From: Promethearchaeota archaeon
GTDB taxonomy: Archaea; Asgardarchaeota; Lokiarchaeia; Sigyniarchaeales; SOKP01
Length of the DNA: 64,000 nucleotides
Reading direction: 5' to 3'
Assembly (NCBI GenBank): GCA_016840085.1
Contig: JAEOTA010000088.1
Coordinates: forward strand, 64,001 to 128,000
The notes beneath the pieces are model-generated. The model was not told the DNA's origin and searched no databases. It saw nothing but the letters and a program-made list of their open reading frames with translations. The position numbers and the translations under genes were made by a program. Below are positions 58,948 through 64,000 of this stretch, piece after piece; the first letter of the stretch is position 1; each line of letters begins with the position of its first letter.

Positions 58948-60045
58948 TTATCTTTTATTTATTCTCTCTTCAATTTTCATTGTGATTCCGAGACTTAATT
59001 TACTAATTTGAACTTTTATTGATGCTGTTCCCTCCCAAATTTTATAGATAGCTCTTAAAATCAACCCTATAAAAATAAATGCCCCAAGAACAAAAAACCA
59101 GATATTAAAAACATTTAATTGATGTAAAAATAAAAAATAAAGTAGATTATGAGCTAAATAAATAGTAAGAGAATAGTATGAATAATAAAATAGAAATTTA
59201 TAACTTTTTGTTGTTTCTATAATCTCAAATTTTTCAAACAATATTAAAATAGAAATTAAAAGAACATTTATTCCTAAAGAATAGATTATCCATGATAGAC
59301 TCTCTCGTATTAAAAAATCTGGGAATGAATATAAAACACCAACAATTATTAAGAGAATTCCAACAATCATTGAGGGTGCTAAAAATTCTTTCTTAATTAT
59401 ACTTCTTTTATTACCATTCATTAATACTGTGTCAAAAATAATATCTCCAATAACAGTTCCAAATAGAAAAAAAGGAAAAAATATTATTATTGGATCTAGA
59501 TGAATATCATTATATAAAATATGAAATAATAATCCATATATATTTGAATCACCCTGATAGGGTGTCAATAATAAAACAATAAATAGATGTGCGATAAGAA
59601 TCATTATTGCAATTAAGATTCTAAAGAATTTTGGAGTTTTTAAAAGTGGCCAAGCTAAAAAAAGTGATATTGCTACGGTTAATAAAAAAAACCATGTCCA
59701 AACCATAGAAGGATCTTTTAGACTTATTGCAACTGCTGAATTATAAATCAAAGCAATGATTAATATGAAAAATGCTCGAAAAAGATATGAATTTCTTATC
59801 ATTCTATAGTTATAAGTTTCTGATCTCTCTGCTTTAATTAATCTCTTTCTGTATGATAATGATGTACTTATTCCTGATATAAATAAAAATCCAGTAGCTC
59901 CGATAGGATCTAAAATTCTTATCATAATTGATTTCAACCAAATATATTCAGATTTCAACCACCAATCAAATAAATGGTTTAAAACCATCCAAGCCATACA
60001 TAACCCGCGAAAAATATCAATACTCTTTAATCTTTTAAGTTCCAT
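58948..60045 (-). CDS. DUF1624 / HGSNAT-like membrane acyltransferase
   Basis: RLKSIDIFRG..MV.NH, FLFISG, SLTIYLAH; about 10 TMs. Confidence 0.75.
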   Translation of the reverse strand: MELKRLKSIDIFRGLCMAWMVLNHLFDWWLKSEYIWLKSIMIRILDPIGATGFLFISGISTSLSYRKRLIKAERSETYNYRMIRNSYLFRAFFILIIALIYNSAVAISLKDPSMVWTWFFLLTVAISLFLAWPLLKTPKFFRILIAIMILIAHLFIVLLLTPYQGDSNIYGLLFHILYNDIHLDPIIIFFPFFLFGTVIGDIIFDTVLMNGNKRSIIKKEFLAPSMIVGILLIIVGVLYSFPDFLIRESLSWIIYSLGINVLLISILILFEKFEIIETTKSYKFLFYYSYYSLTIYLAHNLLYFLFLHQLNVFNIWFFVLGAFIFIGLILRAIYKIWEGTASIKVQISKLSLGITMKIEERINKR

Positions 60046-60127
60046 AATAATATTTTTTTTATTTTCTCTAGGATCTTGAATTCTATAAGTAAATCATTTC
60101 AAATTGAGAATCTATTATTCTTATTTC

Positions 60128-60964
60128 TTATCTTATCGATTCATATGATAAATTAAGAGGTATTTCATTATCTAATATCTTTTTTATTATATTTTTTAAA
60201 TCTAATGGAAAATCCCTAATTTTTTTGAAATTATTTTCAGAATTAAATTTAATATCTGAATTTTGTAATTTGAACTGTTTAAGAATATTAAAATAATTTG
60301 ATTCATTTACTTCAACTCCATGCCTTAGAGCCAAAATCAATGCTGAAATTTCATGTTTTGAAATTCTTTTATTTTTAAGTTGTAATTTCAATTTCGAGGA
60401 TTTAGATTCGTCAATTAAAAAAACCTTCATATTTTTCCTATTTTTAAAAACACTATAGATTTCCTTTATTAATTCTATAGTTATTGATAACACACCACTC
60501 CCAAATTTGAAGGTTAATTCTAAGACATTTGAATTCTCATTTTGAAAGCAATTTACATAATTTTTGATAACTTCAACAAATTCTCTTTTTTCATAAAGTG
60601 TCTGAGACATTAAATAAAAATCATCTAAGAAAACGATAATCCCTACATATTTCGAACCAGGATCAATAGAAAAGATTAAATGTGAATATGATTCTTTATA
60701 ACCTATTCGATAAGCAGCTAATACCTTTAAAATGTAATTTTTGAAACTAATCTTTTCAGAATAAGGTAGAAATTTTAAATTTTTATAAGAATTTTTAATA
60801 TCGGAAATTTCACCTAATGTAGTAAGGATTAAGGATGAAATGTCTGGAAATTTAGTTCTTGTATTCAAAATCGTGAATTTAATACCAAGGTGCTTTAATT
60901 CCTTATTTAATCTGTAGAAAAAATTTAGGTTTTCTGTGTATATATATAAGGTTTTATTTCTCAA
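60128..60964 (-). CDS. RNase H-fold (YqgF/RuvX-like) nuclease domain protein
   Basis: SIDPGSKYVGI, FGSG, IDESKSS, HEISALILA. Confidence 0.6.
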   Translation of the reverse strand: MRNKTLYIYTENLNFFYRLNKELKHLGIKFTILNTRTKFPDISSLILTTLGEISDIKNSYKNLKFLPYSEKISFKNYILKVLAAYRIGYKESYSHLIFSIDPGSKYVGIIVFLDDFYLMSQTLYEKREFVEVIKNYVNCFQNENSNVLELTFKFGSGVLSITIELIKEIYSVFKNRKNMKVFLIDESKSSKLKLQLKNKRISKHEISALILALRHGVEVNESNYFNILKQFKLQNSDIKFNSENNFKKIRDFPLDLKNIIKKILDNEIPLNLSYESIR

Positions 60965-61007
60965 ATTATAATTATAAATATTAGATAAAATTAATAACTT
61001 TTAATTA

Positions 61008-61694
61008 ATGAAATTTCCAACCTTAAGATTAAATACTTATTTTAATAAATTAGATTTTTCTGAAGGTGTTATTTCTGTTTGGGGTGATTTTGGTGTAGGA
61101 AAAACCACATTTGCACTCCAAACAGCATTTAATAATACTAAAAATAGAAACAAAATCCTCTTTTTTTATACTAAACCTAATTTCCCTACAGAAAAGATTA
61201 TTGCCCTTTCTAAAAACTCAAAACAATTACTTGATAAAATTATCTTTATAACACCCACAAATTTTAATGATTTGTATAAAACTATTTTTAATTTAGAATT
61301 TGTATTTTTAGAACATCTTAAAAATAACAGGAATCAATTTAAATTAATTATCATTGACTCAATTACAGATCTCTATCGATTAGAATTAAATAGGGAGAAA
61401 AAAGAAAAAAATTACAGTTTAAATTATCATTTGAATCAAATATTAGCAAATTTGTTTTATATCAATAAAACATACAAAATTGAAATTTTAATCATTAATG
61501 AAATAAGTAGAAAAACTTTAAATGATCATATTGTTGAAGTCCAAGCAGGTGGAAAAGTTATGGAATACTGGATTTCATATAATATAAAAATAAATAGAAC
61601 TGAAAAGCTCAACCAGAGAAAATTCATAATGAGAAAAGGAGAAAAAATAATATTAGAATTTATTGCAAATTTAACTAATAATGGTTTTGAATAA
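61008..61694 (+). CDS. RadB-like RecA-fold ATPase
   Basis: WGDFGVGKTTFALQ, LIIIDSI, INE, GGKVMEYW. Confidence 0.75.
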   Translation: MKFPTLRLNTYFNKLDFSEGVISVWGDFGVGKTTFALQTAFNNTKNRNKILFFYTKPNFPTEKIIALSKNSKQLLDKIIFITPTNFNDLYKTIFNLEFVFLEHLKNNRNQFKLIIIDSITDLYRLELNREKKEKNYSLNYHLNQILANLFYINKTYKIEILIINEISRKTLNDHIVEVQAGGKVMEYWISYNIKINRTEKLNQRKFIMRKGEKIILEFIANLTNNGFE

Positions 61695-61941
61695 CCTGAA
61701 GATAAAATAAACTAGAGAATCAAACATTTTTTTAAACCAATAATTTACCACCTCAATTTTTTCATTAGCTCTAAAGTGTAATTGAACTTAATTTAAATTC
61801 TAATTTAGAAGGTAGGCTTTAATGATCTTTAACTATTATTTTTATAAAAAATCTTAACATTATTATACATGATTTATTTAAATCAAATATTCAACTAGTA
61901 TAATATTTATGTTTATCTTAAGATTTTACTAATATAAAAAA

Positions 61942-63198
61942 ATGGAAGAAAAAGATTTAACCATAAAAAGAGAAGGTCTAGCAAATTTTTATATTCATAC
62001 TATTGATAATAGTTTAATCCCGTCAAAGGCTATGAATGTCTTTTATAACAAAAAGATGGTAATTAATCGTGATATCACTAATCTCGCGATAAATGCTTAT
62101 AATGAATTATATAATCCGGATTCAATTATAATCGTAGACTCTATGGCAGCATCTGGAATAGGATCGATAAGACTTCTAAAAGAGTGTAAAAATATAAAAA
62201 AAATATATATTAACGATATAAATCCTACAGCTGTTGAATTAATTGAAAAGAATATCAAGTTAAATAAATTGGATAATACGAAAATTCAGATTGAAATTTC
62301 AAGAAAAGATGCTAATTTTCTCTTCTCTGAAATTGCTCAAGTTAACTTTTTTAATTTAAATAAAAAAATTGAAAAACCAGATGTCATTATTATTGATCCT
62401 TTTGGAACTCCAAATCATTATATCCACTCTGCTTTTAAAGCAATAAAAAAAGTAAATGGTTTATTATGTATTACAGCTACAGATACTACCGTATTGTTTG
62501 GAATTAAACCAAAAGCATGTTTACGAAAATATATGTCAAAACCTCTTCATAACGAGTATTGTAAAGAAATTGGAGCGAGAATTCTACTTTATTTTATATC
62601 ACGAATGGCAAATATAAACAATTTAGGAATCCATCCTATACTGACTTTTTATTCAAACCATTTTATTAGGGTATTTGCTCTAACTTTTAAAAAAAAAGAA
62701 AGAATTGTAAAATATATTAGAAAATATGGTTATATAATTCATTGCCGAAAATGTGGATTTAGAACTATCTCAAAAAATACATTTTTCGATATTTCACAAA
62801 AATGTCCTCAATGTAATTTTAAACAGGGTTTGGATTATGCAGGACCATTATGGCTTGGAAAACTTCACGATATTAAATTCGTAGAAGATCTTATTATTTC
62901 AAATAATATTTTTAAATTTGAAATGAAAAAAAGAATAAATAAACTCTTAAATTTAGCTTTAAGCGAAAATCTAATGCCGATATCTTATTATAATATTCAT
63001 AGACTTAGTGAAGAAATAAAGCTACCTTTTATTCCAAAAGTAGAATCAATAATCAAAAAAATTAAGGAGAGAGGTTATAAAGTTTCAAGAACTCATTTTG
63101 ATTTTTTATCAATTAAAACTAATATGGAAATTGAATTAATAAAGAATATATTATTAGATTTACAAAAAAAAAGAAATTTGAATAAGAGTGTCAGATAA
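61942..63198 (+). CDS. trm1: tRNA (guanine26-N2)-dimethyltransferase Trm1
   Basis: VFYN..M..NRD, DSMAASGI, IDPFGTP, TATD, EIGARIL, CxxC..CxxC, AGPLWLG, SRTHF. Confidence 0.94.
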   Translation: MEEKDLTIKREGLANFYIHTIDNSLIPSKAMNVFYNKKMVINRDITNLAINAYNELYNPDSIIIVDSMAASGIGSIRLLKECKNIKKIYINDINPTAVELIEKNIKLNKLDNTKIQIEISRKDANFLFSEIAQVNFFNLNKKIEKPDVIIIDPFGTPNHYIHSAFKAIKKVNGLLCITATDTTVLFGIKPKACLRKYMSKPLHNEYCKEIGARILLYFISRMANINNLGIHPILTFYSNHFIRVFALTFKKKERIVKYIRKYGYIIHCRKCGFRTISKNTFFDISQKCPQCNFKQGLDYAGPLWLGKLHDIKFVEDLIISNNIFKFEMKKRINKLLNLALSENLMPISYYNIHRLSEEIKLPFIPKVESIIKKIKERGYKVSRTHFDFLSIKTNMEIELIKNILLDLQKKRNLNKSVR

Positions 63199-63823
63199 TC
63201 ACCACTTTCATAAAAAAGAAGCATATTATAAACGGGCTAAAAATAATGGATATCGAGCAAGATCAGCTTATAAATTATTAGATATTCAAAAGAGATATAA
63301 TATTTTCAAAAGAGCATTTTGTATTTTAGATTTAGGTTCTGCTCCGGGCTCCTGGCTCCAGGTTGCAAAAAAAATTGCGGAAGATAATTTAGAAAAATAT
63401 AAGGATCAATATTACCATCGAGAAGATTATAAAATTATGGGTGTTGATATTAAATCCATAACTCCTGTTGAAAATGTAAAAATAATAAAAATGGATTTTA
63501 CTAAACCTGAGTTTAATAATGAAATCGAATCCTTTTTTCAAGATAAATTGGATTTAATCTTATCTGATGCCTCAATATCTAAAATTGGGAATAAATTTAC
63601 CGATCAATTAAGACAGATTAATCTTTGTTATGATATTCTTACTTTAGTCCAAAAATATTTAAAATATAAGGGTAATTTAGTAATGAAAGCTTTTCAAGGA
63701 TCTGATTTTGATAAATTAACCAAAAATATAAAAACAGAATTCAAAATATTAAAAATTCTTAAGCCTCAATCTTCTAAAAAGAAAAGTAATGAAATCTATC
63801 TTATAGGTTTGCAAAAAAAATAA
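63188..63823 (+). CDS. rlmE: 23S rRNA Um2552 2'-O-methyltransferase RlmE/FtsJ
   Basis: YRARSAYKL, LDLGSAPGSWLQ, LSDA, KAFQG, SNEIY. Confidence 0.93.
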   Translation: MSDNHHFHKKEAYYKRAKNNGYRARSAYKLLDIQKRYNIFKRAFCILDLGSAPGSWLQVAKKIAEDNLEKYKDQYYHREDYKIMGVDIKSITPVENVKIIKMDFTKPEFNNEIESFFQDKLDLILSDASISKIGNKFTDQLRQINLCYDILTLVQKYLKYKGNLVMKAFQGSDFDKLTKNIKTEFKILKILKPQSSKKKSNEIYLIGLQKK

Positions 63824-64000
63824 TTAAATATCTCGCAGACTCGATTCAATTTCATCAAAATTAATAACATATTCTTTTCCTTTAGAAGTCAACTCAATCC
63901 ATTCTGTTAACCAAGAACAGTGAAGAGGATTAAATTGATCTAAATTAGTATCATTACATTTATCTCGAAAAGGACAAATGAAACAGGGTTGTCTAGAAAA
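63824..64000 (-). CDS. C-terminal [4Fe-4S] domain of an Rpc34/TFEbeta-like protein (5'-truncated by window edge)
   Basis: Manual translation FSRQPCFICPFRDKCNDTNLDQFNPLHCSWLTEWIE...* matches the PCxxCP-x4-C-xn-PxxC-x-LTEW pattern of Rpc34; absent from ORF track. Confidence 0.7.
   Translation of the reverse strand, partial: FSRQPCFICPFRDKCNDTNLDQFNPLHCSWLTEWIELTSKGKEYVINFDEIESSLRDI

Overview
AT-rich archaeal chromosomal segment, most likely from an Asgard archaeon of the Lokiarchaeia. This is inferred from archaeal housekeeping genes (type II MetAP, Trm1, RadB-like, A1-U72 tRNA-Gln, Sec61beta) together with eukaryotic-signature proteins (roadblock, ribophorin I, V4R/Bet3-like, longin-like, Rpc34/TFEbeta-like). 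In order, the window holds: a partial HDAC; a Pro-rich coiled-coil Zn-ribbon protein; a 7-gene MoxR/DUF58 cell-surface operon led by an apparently inactivated transglutaminase; a lipS2-lpl-lipS1-fbiB-cofD cofactor operon; a bacterial-core LeuRS with an archaeal tail; tpiA, hdrC and a thioredoxin; a V4R gene pair; roadblock, map and GT4; Sec61beta, ribophorin I and Trm112; tRNA-Gln; ccdA; a solo tnpB; an Alg7-type GPT, M48 protease and UbiA cluster; a peptide ABC transporter; and RNA methyltransferases. Two features stand out. (1) A ~4.6 kb integrase-less island (GIY-YIG nuclease, HExxH peptidase, two DUF4238 genes) sits between two diverged, intact 336-bp copies of the 3' end of a V4R gene, i.e. 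an element that appears to carry a recoded replacement gene end. (2) An unannotated membrane-anchored ORF with an in-frame TGA in a C-x-x-U context (candidate new selenoprotein) converges on ccdA. All calls come from reading motifs by eye; no database searches were run.
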